Shown here in pieces: positions 48,921-60,791 of a stretch of 64,000 bases of DNA. Where the stretch lies: assembly GCA_024679065.1 (NCBI GenBank), contig JAGIQG010000009.1, forward strand, positions 92,008,001 through 92,072,000, written 5' to 3'. Numbering within the stretch: the first letter of the stretch is position 1; each line of letters starts with the position of its first letter. The DNA is from Sphyrna mokarran (taxonomy: Eukaryota). The notes under the pieces are model-generated. The model did no database searches. It saw nothing but the letters and a program-made list of their open reading frames with translations, and had not been told where the DNA came from. Made by a program: the position numbers and the translations under genes.

Positions 48921-49459
48921 TGAAAGACATACTTTCAGCTCTGTGTTTAAACCACTCTGCACGATGAATGAAGTTTCCTACAAACCGGTAACCATGCACT
49001 TTCAGGAATACCCCATTTGCTGTGAAGCCTTCGGGACACTCAGAGGTTGTGACAGGCACAGTATAAATGTAAATTCCTCCTGAAACTCCTCCTGTTTCAC
49101 CGGTGGGGGTGACACTGCAGGCGGTGTGATCTCTAACCCTGCCCTCTGGCTCCACCTTTTTCTTGTAGAAATCACAGTGAACTTTGGCACTGCTCAATCT
49201 GTTGCTGTGGCCCAAGAATGACTTTTTGTTGTAAATTTCTAAACAAACTATAGAATTTATTGCGGTGCCTGAGTGAGTCAAGGCCGATGTGATATGGAGA
49301 GAATTAGCTGCAGACTCTGCAACAATTCAACTGATGCCAGAGCTTAGACAAGCTGATTGTGTTGTTAACTTGAATTTGGCATATTGGACAATGTCACCTA
49401 TGGTGGGAAAATGACAGGTGAGGAACTTTCAAATACAGACTCTTGGCATCCATTCACAG

Positions 49460-50360
49460 GATTACAGAGTCATAAGATGCACAAAAGACCCTTTGGCACA
49501 TCAAGTCTGCACCGACACGCGAGAAACACTTGACCTCTCAAATAATCCTATCTACCAGCAGTTGGCCCAAAGCCTTGAATACTATGATTACCAATTGCTC
49601 ATGCAAGTATTTTTAAAGGATATGAGGCAACCTACCTCTATTACCCTCCCAGACAGCACATTCCAGACCATTACCACTCCCTTACCCATCCTCATATCCC
49701 TCTTAAATCTCCTGCCACTCACCTTGAACTTCATAATCTTGTACACCTCGATTAGGTTGCCTCTCAGTCTTGTCTGCTCCAACGAAAACAACCCAAGCCT
49801 ATCCAATTGCTCTTTGTAGCTTAAACGTCCCAGCCCTGGTGAATCTCCTTTGCAGCCCCTCCAGTGCAATCACATCTTTCCGATAATGTGGTGACCAAAA
49901 CAGTACACATTATTCCAACTGTGGCCCCACCAAAGTTCCATACAACTGCAACATGACTTTTCTGCTTTTGTAATTTATATCTCGATTATTAAAGGCAAGT
50001 GTCCCATATGCCCTTTTCACTGCCCTACGGACTTCAGAGATCAATGGACAAACACAATAATGTCCTTTTGTTCCATAGAATGTCCTCATCTGATTGAATA
50101 CTTCCTTATTAAGTTACTCTTTCCAAAGATTATTATGCCACACTTTTCAGGGTTAAATTCCATCTGCCACTTACTGGCCATCAAACTATGCTTTCTATAT
50201 CAGCCTCACTGTTAACTACCTGGCCAATCTTTGTGTAATCCGCAAATTTACTAATCCTACCCCACATAAACCCATCTATGTTGCTTGTATAAATGAAGAA
50301 CAACAGGGGACCTAGCACAAATCTTTCAGATACACCACTGGACGAGGAGTCTGAAAACCC
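49460..50360 (-). mobile_element. CR1 LINE fragment
   Basis: SGVSERFVLGPLLFFIY..ISKFADYTKIG; LSYKEQLDRLGLFSLEQTRLRGNLIEVYKIM. Confidence 0.85.
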
Positions 50361-51838
50361 CAACTTCCATATCCCAAATGATTCAAAATTGTTTCCTTGA
50401 TTGTTAAAGTAATCTTTTATGGGATGTGGATGTAGCTGGTTAGGTCAACATTTACTACCCATCCCCGATTGCCTTTGAACTCAGTGGCTTGCTAAGCCAT
50501 TTCAGAGTCAACCACACTGCTGCGGCTATAGATTCACATGTAGACCAACAGGGTGTGGATGACAGATTTCATTCCCCTAAAGGCATATTAGTGAACCAGG
50601 TGAGATTTTACAACAATGGTTTCTTGATCATTATTAGGAAACTTTTTAATTCTAGATTTTTAGTGAATTCATATTTCACCATCTGCCGTATGTCAAGTTC
50701 AGACTGGGTTCCTGAAGCCTTACCCTGGGGTCACCAGATTAGTACATCAGAGAAAATATCACTGCGCCAACGTCTCTGCCATTTTGGTTCCCAACTCTCC
50801 AAACAACAAGAAGCATTGGTTCTTATTAATATAAATCCAAAATACTATAAATGCTGGAAAACTGAAATGAAAACAGAAAGCATTGGCTAAATTTAGCAAG
50901 TCAGACAGCCTCCGTAAAGATAGAAACAGAAGAATGTTTCAAATCCCTACAACTCTTCCCAGTCTGTTGCTAACCACCACCCCACTCCTAATAGATTTGG
51001 CTTCTTCATTGGATCTGTTAGTCCCTCTCTGTCCCAGAGAAAAGAATCTCAATTGGCCCTCATTGCTCCAGCCTCAGACCAAGGACTCAGGGAAAATCTT
51101 TTTCTCAACTTCTCCATGACTTTGATATGCTTCTGAATTGACAGGATCTGAACTTGGATACAGTGCCTGATTGGGGTCTTTGGAATTCTCCATCCTAGGG
51201 AGCTCTGGATGCTCAACAATGCATTCTCTCAGCAGTGAATGTGGCAGATTCCAGGGTAGGAACCGAATCGAAGCAGGGTATTGGGCTGGACACACAGTAT
51301 ATCAGAGCAGAAGTTGGCCATTTGATCCATCGAGTCTGCTCTGCAATGAGATCATGACTGATCTGATGTGATAATCCTCAACTTCACTTTCCCATCTTAT
51401 CCTGATAGCTCCCGATTCTTTTACTGATTAAGAATCGAACTATCTCAGCCTTGGACATTCTTAGTGATCCAACCTCTACAGCCCTCTGTGCTAAAGAATT
51501 CTACTTATTCACTATCCTCTGAGGATAGAAGTTCCTCCTCTTCTCTTTTAAATGCATGACCCCTTACTCTGAGATTATGACTTCTGTTCTGAGACTCTCT
51601 CACAAGAGAGAACGACCTCTCAGCATCTACTCTATTAAATCCTCAGCGAATCCTGTCACTGGAATTCCACTGTCCTGTCCACCATGTGAAGCAGAGTGAG
51701 CCAGTGGGGGGAAGAGAGGGGGTGTGGACTACTCCTGCTCCTATTTTTTATGCTGTAATGTAGCATTAACCATTGACATTCTTACCACCAGTTATTTATA
51801 ATTGTTTTTGAGATTGGTCCCTGCTTGTGATACCACAG

Positions 51839-52099
51839 ATTTTCACATCCTGGCATTTTACTACTTACTGAACCTTGGTCAGGCCGAGCTTCCCGAGTAC
51901 AGCTTGGTGGCGATGCTGGATGACTATCAGATAGTCTATTTCGATAGCACCCTGGACCGCATCGTGCCCAGACAGCAGTGGATGTCTGACTCCTTCCAGA
52001 GAGATCACTGGGTGGCCATGACAATCACGATGGCGGGATTCCATGGTCTGATCAGAGGGAACGCTGAGATATTTTACCAACAACACGGTGGAGCTGCAG
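51839..52099 (+). CDS. non-classical MHC class I heavy chain, alpha1 exon
   Basis: cacag|...G|gtaagt, 261 bp, phase 1/1: (D)FHILAFYYLLNLGQAELPEYSLVAMLDDYQIVYFDSTLDRIVPRQQWMSDSFQRDHWVAMTITMAGFHGLIRGNAEIFYQQHGGAA. Class I motifs H3, PE, DD, FDS, PR..W and W60 are present. Confidence 0.93.
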
Positions 52100-53154
52100 G
52101 TAAGTGGCCTCACAGAGAGAGTGCGGTGACAGTGTGTCCAGAGGAAAGAATTCAAGTACCTATTCATTCTAATTCCATTTTCCAGCACTTAGTCCATGGC
52201 CTCGTATGCTATAGCAGTTCAAGTGCTCATCCAAATAATTCTTAAGTGTTGAGGCGTCCTGCCTCTACACCCTTTCTGACCACCGTCTGAGTGAAAAAGA
52301 TTTTTCCTCAAATCCCCTCTAAATCTGTGGCCCTGATCTTAAACTGATGTCACTTGATTATTGACCCCTTTTATTAAAACGTTTCTTGCTAACCACACTA
52401 ACTTTATCCCTCCATTATTTTGTGCACCTCACTAATAACATTTCAAATTTGATATTATGTAAAGCATTCCAAAGATGTGCGGGTTTGGTGAAATGAAAAT
52501 TGTCCCTCAGTATCTAGAGAATGTGCAAGTTAGATGAATTGGCAATGCTAAATTATCCAAATGTTTCCCAAGATGTATGGGTTAAATAGATGATAAATAT
52601 GTGGGGTTACAGGGATAGGACAATGGACAGAGTCAGAGTATAATATTCTATCGGAGGGTTGGTGCAGAGCTGTTGCAGCCTTGGTGGGCTGAATGGCCTC
52701 TTCCACACTGTAGGGGTTATATGATTTGATGATTCTATAAAATGCAAAACTAGCTCTGTTTCTTTCAATACTGTGGTCCTCTGAGCTGCCTCTGTGCATT
52801 TACAATTGTAGGTTATATTCATACAACGTAGATTATCATGTCAAACACGTCACCCAATTTTAATGGAAGTAATTCCCTCCAATGGGAAATCAAGGACACA
52901 TCCAGGGATCCTGGAGTTTTTAGCCTCTCATTTTACAATAGTGGGAGAGTCTTTGGCAGTTGTCTTTCCCTATTGAGCTTTTGCAGGGGTCGCTCAAAAT
53001 GTTAGTGTGTCTCTCGGAACGTAGTCCATAGAATGTGCCAGCCTGTGACAGGTTCTCTTTGACAACTCTTGGTTCTGAAGACACACCATGTTTTAGGTAA
53101 GACAGAGGGCCACTTTCACCCCAGACCATGGTCCTCCAATAGGGTACCCAGACT

Positions 53155-54583
53155 TGCACTCAAATCCTATGGATCAACTGCTAGAGATATTCACAGAAAT
53201 CTTCAACCTCTCTTTACAACAATCTGAGGTCCCTATCTGCTTCAAGAAGATGACCATCATCTCAGTACCTAAGAAAAACCAAGCAGCGTGCCTTAATGAC
53301 TATTGGCCTGTCGCTCTGTCATCCAACATTATGAAGTGTTTCGAAAGGTTAGTTTTGACACAAATCAATTCCAATCTCCTGGACTACCTAGATCCACTAT
53401 AGTTCGCCTACTGCAGCAATAGACCCAGGATACCATTTTCATGGCCCCGCACTCAACTTTGGAACACCTAGATAACAAGGATACCTATGTCAGACTCCTA
53501 TTTATTGACTACAGCTCAGCCTTCAACACTATTTTTCTCACGAAACTCATCTCCAAACCCCTTGGCCTGTGCCTTGGCACCTCCTTCTGTGAATGGATCC
53601 TGAACTTCCTAAATCATAGATCACAATCAGTAAGGATAGGCAACAATACCTCCTCCATGATCATCCTCAACATCAGTGCCCACAAGACTGTGTTCTCAGT
53701 CCCCCACTATACTCTTTGTACACCTATGACTGTGAGGCCAAATTCCTCTCTAATTCATTTTTCATGTTTGCTGATGACACCATCGTAGTGGGTCGGATCT
53801 CAAACAATGGCGAGACAGAGATAGGAATGAGATAGAGAATCTGGTAAATTGGCACAGCAACAATAATCTCTCCCTCAATGTCAACAAAATGAAGGAGATT
53901 GCCATTGACTTCAGGAAGTGTAAAGGAGAACGTGCCTGTGCCTACATCAATAGGGACAAAGTAGAAAGGGTTTATGTGCCCAGAATACCAACAACTTGAT
54001 CCTAGTCCTCCCATGCCAACACTATAGATAAGAAAGCCACCAACACCTCTACTTTCTCAAAAAACTAATGAAATTTGACATGTCATCTACGACTCTCACC
54101 AACTTTGATAGATGCACCATAGAAAGCATTCTTTCTGGTTGTATCGCAGCTTGGTATGGCTCCTGCTTTGCCCAAGACTGCAAAGGGCTACAAAAGATCA
54201 TGAGTATAGCCCAATCCATCATGCAAACCAGCCTCCCATCCATTGATTCTGCCTACACTTCCCACTGCCTCGGCAAAGCAGCTAGCATAATTAAGGACCC
54301 CATGCACCCTGGACACTCTCTCTTCCACCTTCTTCCTTTGGGAAAAAGATACAAAAGTCTGAGGTCACATACAACTGACTCAAGAACAGTTTCTTCCCTA
54401 CTGCAGTCAGACTTTTGAATGGACTAACATTGCATTAAGTTGATCTTTCTTTACCCCCTAGCTATGACTGTAATACTACATTCTGCAGTCTCTCGTTTCC
54501 TTGTCTATGAATGGTAAGTTTTGTCTATATGACGTGCAAGAATGTGTATGTTCATATATGTGACAATAATAGATCAAATCAAA
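53155..54583 (+). mobile_element. Rex1/Babar non-LTR retrotransposon (RT to 3' end) in the class I alpha1-alpha2 intron
   Basis: DQLLEIFTEIFNLSL..CFKKMTIISVPKK..CLNDY.PVAL; [15 protein letters not shown]; CTIESILSGCIAAWYG. The tail is AATAGATCAAATCAAA. Confidence 0.9.
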
Positions 54584-55533
54584 GCAGGTGATGTTTAAGT
54601 TGGTATGTCCCTGGGAACAGTCTATAGAGCACTACGAGCCTCCTTGTGCAGCAGCTGAGAATGTAAAAAGGGTGCTTTGTAATTCTAGCGCTGCTGAGGA
54701 AAAGGAATCTTCCAGTTGGAGATGAGTGATGTGTCTTCCCCACTGCAGCCACCACAAGAGCAGTGTGCAGGCTCGGGGAGACCCCGGGCTCTTAGGAAGA
54801 ACCTGATCAATTGGGTCTTTTCCACCAAGTTATGTCTTGGTTCTTGTTTGTAAGTTCTGGCAATTTTTCCAGATGATTTTGACAGCCTGTTCATGGAATC
54901 ATTAAAGAATACAAAGCATTTGCTTCCTGCAGGATGGTGCTTCCCATACCCCAGCTGTTCTTGATTTCTTCCCAATAAAAGCATGAGCTTCCATGAAGCT
55001 GTTCACCCCCAATCATCTCCACCTCTCTCACTTTCTTTGAGATGCTACTCAAGACTTCAAAAGCTTTTGAATCCCTGTTCTAACATTGAATTCTTACAGT
55101 GCAATCTGGCCTACCGAGTCTGCACAAATTCTCCAAAAGACCATCCCACTCAGGCCCTCTCTCCACTCTATCCCTATAACCCTGTGCATCTACCATGGCT
55201 AATTTACCTAATCTATACATCCTTGGATATTTAAGTGTAATTTACCATGGCCAGTCTACCTAACCTGCACATCTCGGAATGTGGGAGGAAACCTACACCA
55301 CAAGGGGAAGAATGTACAAACTCCACATAGTCACCCAAGGCCAGAATTGAACCTGGGTTCATGGTGCTGTGCTAACCATTGTGCCACAGGGCTGCCCAAT
55401 CCTCCCATGTGGTTCCAAGTTAAATCTAACTCAATAATGCTCCTATGAGGAATGTTATGTGATGTTTAAATCACTGTATAAATACAAATTTTTGCCAATC
55501 TGACCAAATATTTTGCACATTGTGAATTTACAG

Positions 55534-55809
55534 GTATTTTCTTTATCCAGGGAATGTGCGGCTGTGAAATATACAGTGATAACACCACAAATGGATTTAT
55601 AAAGGTGGGATATGATGGGGAAGATGCATTTGTTTTTAATAAGGACAGAACCAGCTGGAGAGCACTCAATCCAGAGTTCCAGAGCTTAGCGAAAAGATGG
55701 AATGCCAACACCTTCATGAACAAGTACTTCAAGGCTCTGTTGGAAAAAGATTGCATGAAATGGCTGCTGATATACCTCGAGTATGGTCAAGGAATGCTGC
55801 AGAGGAGAG
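55534..55809 (+). CDS. non-classical MHC class I heavy chain, alpha2 exon
   Basis: tacag|...G|gtatgg, 276 bp, phase 1/1: GIFFIQGMCGCEIYSDNTTNGFIKVGYDGEDAFVFNKDRTSWRALNPEFQSLAKRWNANTFMNKYFKALLEKDCMKWLLIYLEYGQGMLQRR. C101/C164, YDGED and WL..YL are present. Confidence 0.95.
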
Positions 55810-56668
55810 GTATGGTGTCTAGAGGGAGTGCTCCCTGCGATTACCATGTGGCACAGACAGAAATTTTACAGCTCATTCGGCAGAAGGATTTTCCCTTCTT
55901 TTGCACTGCTGCCTCACAGCACTAGGGTCCCAGGTTCAATTCCATCCTCAGGTACGTGGGGAGTTTGCACATTCTCCCCCTGTCTGCGTGGGTTCCTCTG
56001 GGTGCTCCAGTTTCCTCTCACAGTCCAAAGATGAAGGGTTAGGTGGATTGGCTATGCTAAATTGAGCCTAATATCAGGGGATTACTAGAGTAGATGCGTG
56101 GCGTTGTGGGAATAGGGACTGCGTGGGATTGTGTCAGTTCAGAGACGATGGGCTGAATAGCCTCCTTCTGTAATATGGGGATTGTATGAAATCTGCCACC
56201 CTTATCCTATCTGACCTGCATGTGACTCCAGACCCAGGGGAAAGTAGCTGACTCTTAATTGCCCTCTGGAATCGAGGGCAGCCAGTGACATCCCGTGAAT
56301 GAATTTACAAAACAATTCATGCAAAAACAAACATCTGTCATGCTGGAAATCTGAAAGAGAAGGTGCAGGCAGGAAATTCTCAGCAGCTTCCGCTGAGAGA
56401 GAGGAAAAAGAGAGGGAGGAATTTTATGGTCTGGATGCGGCAGGTGAGATGTGGTTTGTGGGAGGTGTAGGGCCTTTCCAAAGGCTTCAAGGGGATTGGA
56501 AAACTAGTTAGCATAGTTAAGTATGTGGGTTATGGGGATAGGATTGTTGTTGGGGCAGGTTCGAAGAGCCAAATATCCTTCTTCTGTACTGTAGGGATTC
56601 TATGAGCATAATACTTTTTGTCGAAACTCCATGTTCAGCGATTTTTTGTCTTTGTTCCATTTTCTCAG

Positions 56669-56941
56669 CCACTCCCGAGGTGTACATTACGAACAGGAGC
56701 GAGGGCGAGCGAGTGCTAAGACTCTCCTGCCTTGTGACAGCCTTTTACCCATGGCCTATCGATGTGATGTGGTTGCAGAACGGTGATGAGGTCCTCAGTG
56801 TTGAAACCAGCGGCACGCTCCCCAACCAGGATGGGACATATTGGGTGATGAAAACGATGGAGCTCAGTGAAGATGGTGGGGGGATATATTCCTGTCGCAT
56901 TGAGCATGCCAGCCTCCTACAGGACCTCGATGTATGCTGGG
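56669..56941 (+). CDS. non-classical MHC class I heavy chain, alpha3 (Ig C1-set) exon
   Basis: tttctcag|...G|gtaagt, 273 bp: ATPEVYIT..LSCLVTAFYPWPIDVMWLQNG..LPNQDGTY..YSCRIEHASL..VCW. Confidence 0.95.
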
Positions 56942-58664
56942 GTAAGTTACAAGTGACAGGGCAGCAGAGCCAGCCCCTGTATGTGCTCCCTCAGCCTGAT
57001 TATTCAAAACAGGAAGCTCCACTGAGGGTGAGACGGTTTCACTTCTCATGGTCAGTCATTCTACGCTTACTTTTTAAAAGGTGAGGATCTATTAAATATT
57101 GGGAATCAAAGGGATTGGGCATTCCATCAGACCGAGGAATTCAGAAATAAGAGTACACCCTCGAACCTGCTTCATTGTTCAGTGACCAATTAGTGACCCA
57201 ACTCCATTTACCCATCTTTGTCCTACTTCTTCCCCATCTCCATGCATTTAGCATGGCCAATCCACCTAACCTCCATGTCTTTGGAGTGTGGGAGAAAACC
57301 GGAGAACCCAGAGGAAACCCACGCAGACATGAGGAAAACATGTAAACTCCACACAGACAGTGACCCAAGGTTGGTCAGAACTTTTTGATCCCTTGAACCT
57401 GGCGCCTTGGTGCTGTGATGCAGCCGTGCTAACCACTGTGTCAATACTAATACTGTTTTGCATTGGGATTGATCTTACTGAACGACAGACAGATCAATTC
57501 TGTGAGACAATAGGGTTTACTTCTACTTCTCACGCTTACAACTTCCTTTACTGTTACAGTGTTGACTAGGCCAAGATGTTTCACTTGTCCCACAGCAGGA
57601 GCTGCAACTGTTTTTTAAAGCTGGGTGGGAGAGGGGTTTGGGGAAAAAGTTTAATAGAATATAACAGAAAAGAGTATTTCACTGAGTGAACAATCAAGCG
57701 GCACTGTAGTTAGTGCCAGGGACCCAGGTTCAAATCCTGGTTTGGGTCATTTTCTGTATGACATTGTCTCTGTGTTTGCTCCGGATGCTCTGGTTTTCTC
57801 CACAGTCTGAAAGATGTGTGGATTAGGTGCACTGGCCATGCTAAATTCTCCTTCAGTGTACCCAGACCCGTGCTGGAATGTGTCGACCTGACGATTTCCA
57901 CAGTGACTTAATGCAGTGTTAATGTAAGCCTATTTGTGACACAAATACGTAAAGATTTATGGCCTGAATTTTTTGACTGAAAGAGGCTTGAATCCCAGCA
58001 TGCGGAGAGAATCGGACAATCCTGCTGCCATTTTAACGCTGTAATGAGTATTGATGACAGCAGGCTGTACTTCTGTCCTCATTTAGAAATAAGACATGTC
58101 TTTGGACAGCAGACGTCTCGTCAAATTTGCCAATAGGCCTCCAGCAGGCACAGCGCTGCGTTGGTCGGAAGAGGTATTGCAGGTCAGGTCTGGGGTTAAG
58201 TGCAAGGAGCCAGTCTAAGTTATGTGGCAGAGGTTTTGGCATGGTGGGAATGGGTGTTTTTTGAGGACGCAGGTGGGGACTGGGCTATTGTGGATGGCCA
58301 GTGGAATGTGGAGAGCCAGAGGTGTCTGCTCCTCTGAGGGGAGGATGTTTCCCCTCCCCAAGGTGACATTTGAGGAAGATGCAGCCCTCGCCGCACCCAA
58401 CCCCCTCCATTATCCTCACCCTTCTCCCAAGTAACAAAGTTCTTAACTTTTTCTGTTTCCCACCTTGAGACATTCAGTAGCCACCAGCCAGAAAGTTGAG
58501 GATAGGGGGAAAAGGTCCTTAAGTGGTCACTTTAAGGCCTTACTTGGGCATAAGTGAACTTCTCATCTGAGACCGTTCTTTCTCCACTAGTTTGCAGATC
58601 AATGAAGCTCAGAATTATTAGGAGGTTTATCATATAATATTAATTAATCTCTATGTGCCAGCAG

Positions 58665-58828
58665 ACAGAGTGACACAAAAAGGTGTGGAGGTCAGGATTA
58701 TGATTGGAGCAACAGCCATCTCACTCACTCTCCTTGGCATCATCATTGGCATTGGTTTCTGGAGGAAGAGACAGAGCAGGAATACTGGCATCAACCAGCA
58801 GATAATGGCAGAGATTGGCAGCAGATAA
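58665..58828 (+). CDS. MHC class I connecting peptide + transmembrane + cytoplasmic tail (terminal exon)
   Basis: Phase-1 acceptor (tandem CAGCAG, start at 58662 or 58665): DRVTQKGVEVR-IMIGATAISLTLLGIIIGIGFW-RKRQSRNTGINQQIMAEIGSR*. A hydrophobic helix is followed by a basic stop-transfer; TAA at 58826-58828. Confidence 0.85.
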
Positions 58829-59157
58829 TGGCAGAGATTGGCAGAGCCTAGCAGAGGAATGATAGAGACCAGCAGGCAATAACAGAGGCTGACAGAGATC
58901 CTTGGAGGTTAATAAAGACCCAGTAGAAACTGGTTTGGCTGGTGGCGATGTGCAGAAACTGAGGGGAGCAGGCAATGGAGATCACCAAGTGCAGGCATGG
59001 TGCACAATGAGCAACAGAGACCAACAACCAAGACCAGCCGAGGATGACAGAGATGAGAGAGTCAAGCAGCAACCAGAGACTCACAGCGATCAGCAGACAG
59101 TAACAGATATGGGACAAAGATTGTGCATCTGCCTTTTAAATATTATTGCACATGTAA

Positions 59158-59163
59158 AATAAA
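59158..59163 (+). terminator. candidate polyadenylation signal of the class I gene
   Basis: AATAAA overlapping the end of the purine-rich terminal-exon sequence. A second AATAAA lies at 58911-58916. Confidence 0.45.
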
Positions 59164-59364
59164 TCTTAAAAAATATAAGCTGTGGAGGCTGATAAGTTCC
59201 TCACTGATCACTGACATTTCCAGCAGCCAGTACTCACAAATAATCCATTTTCTTTCATTCTCTTCCCACATTTTCCTGAAATTCTCAGCATTTGCCTGTG
59301 GATCATGACAACACCCTCCGAAATATATTCTGTGCACCTTCTTCAAATATTTGCGGGAACAATG

Positions 59365-60082
59365 TATCTATCAACCCTGTGTCTATCCTAGGAATATTTG
59401 ATGGGGACAGTATGGAGGGAGTTTTACTCTGTAACTAGCCTCTTGCTGTATCTGCCCTGGAAATGTTTGATGGGGACAGTGTAGAGGGATCTTACTCTGT
59501 ACCTAGCCCCATGCTGTACCTGTCCTGAGAGCATTTAATGGGTTCAGTATAGAGACACCATTACTCTGCATCTAACCGTATACTGTACCTGTTCTGAGTG
59601 TTTGGTGGGGACAGTATAGAGGGAGCTTTACTCTGTATCTAACTCTATGCTGTATCTGCCCTGGGAGTGTTTAGTGAGACTGTGTAGAGGAAGCTTTATT
59701 CTGTAATTTCACCCTGTGCTATATCTGACCTGGGAGTGTTTAATGAAGTAAGAAGTCTCACAACATCAGGTTAAAGTCCAATAGGTTCATTTGGTAGCAA
59801 AGGCCGCTAGTGGCATTTGCTACCAAATAAATCTGTTGAACTTCAACCTGGTGTTGTGAGACTTCTTACTGTGTTTACCCCAGTCCAACACCGACATCTC
59901 CACCTCAGTGATTAATGGAGACAACATAGAGTGAGTTTTACTCTGTTTCTAATACTGTGCTGTATTGCCCTGGAAGTGTTTGGTGGGAAAGTGTAGAGGA
60001 GGCTTTATTCTATATCTAACTCTGTGCTGGACCTGTCCTGGTAGAGTTTGATGGAGACAGTGTTGAGGGAACTTTACTCTGT
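59365..60082 (+). repeat. tandem minisatellite of about 69 bp, about 8 diverged units, interrupted by a Penelope fold-back
   Basis: Consensus CTGTATCTAACC..GTGCTGTACCTGTCCTGGGAGTGTTTGATGGGGACAGTGTAGAGGGAGCTTTACT. TTACTCT recurs at about 59423, 59492, 59561 and 59629. Confidence 0.88.
59747..59905. mobile_element. Penelope-derived fold-back element
   Basis: Near-perfect palindrome AGTAAGAAGTCTCACAACA..TTTGGTAGCAAA..GCTAGT..TTTGCTACCAAA..TGTTGTGAGACTTCTTACT, followed by the tail CCCCAGTCCAACACCG also seen at 35430. Confidence 0.8.
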
Positions 60083-60791
60083 AAGTAGCTGAGGCTCAGG
60101 CACTGATCCTGATGGCACTTTATTGGTTTTCCACTGTGAGTCCAAAAATCACACCTTTTTGCCTTTCTCCAGTTTTGGCCTATTAACCAGCATTCAGTCG
60201 CAACAGTCCCCTTCAGCCATAAACTTATGTAACAATCTCCAGTACTTCCTGCTCACAAGGCTTGTTGCTATGGCAAAAGAAAAACACAGCGGAAGCCAGG
60301 CTTTCTCTATTGTTTCTCCTTTTACTTGCTTGTTGCTATCGCAGGTGAAATCTGAAGTAACTCTGCTCTGCTGACTGGATGCTGCTTGATCACCATGAAC
60401 CATTCAGAGACAGGCAGCTTTGTAGTTGAATCTTTAATGTAGGTAAGAAGGGTAGGCTGTACAATGGCACAGTGGCGAGTGCTGCTCCTCACAGCGCCAA
60501 GGAGCCAGGTTCAATTCCAGCCTCGGGTGACTGTATGAAATTATCCCTGTGTCTGTGTGGGTTTTCTCCAGGTGCTCAGGATTCCTCCCAAAGATGTGTG
60601 GGTTAGGTGCATTGACCATGCTAAATTATCCCTTAGCATGTAAGATAGGGATTAGTAGGGCTGAGTGGGATTGTAGTTGGTGCAGGCTTGATGGGCCCAA
60701 TAACCTCTTCCTGAGCAGCAAATCTTCTAAGATTCCATGAGGACATACGAGACCAAGGGTTTATGTATTTTTTTAGTGCATTTGTGCAGTA

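Noticed and set aside
59365-60082. Periodic array with an inserted palindrome as a CRISPR-like system
   Set aside because: Units are contiguous diverged tandem repeats without unique spacers, in vertebrate DNA with no cas genes. The same applies to the array at 6583-7030.
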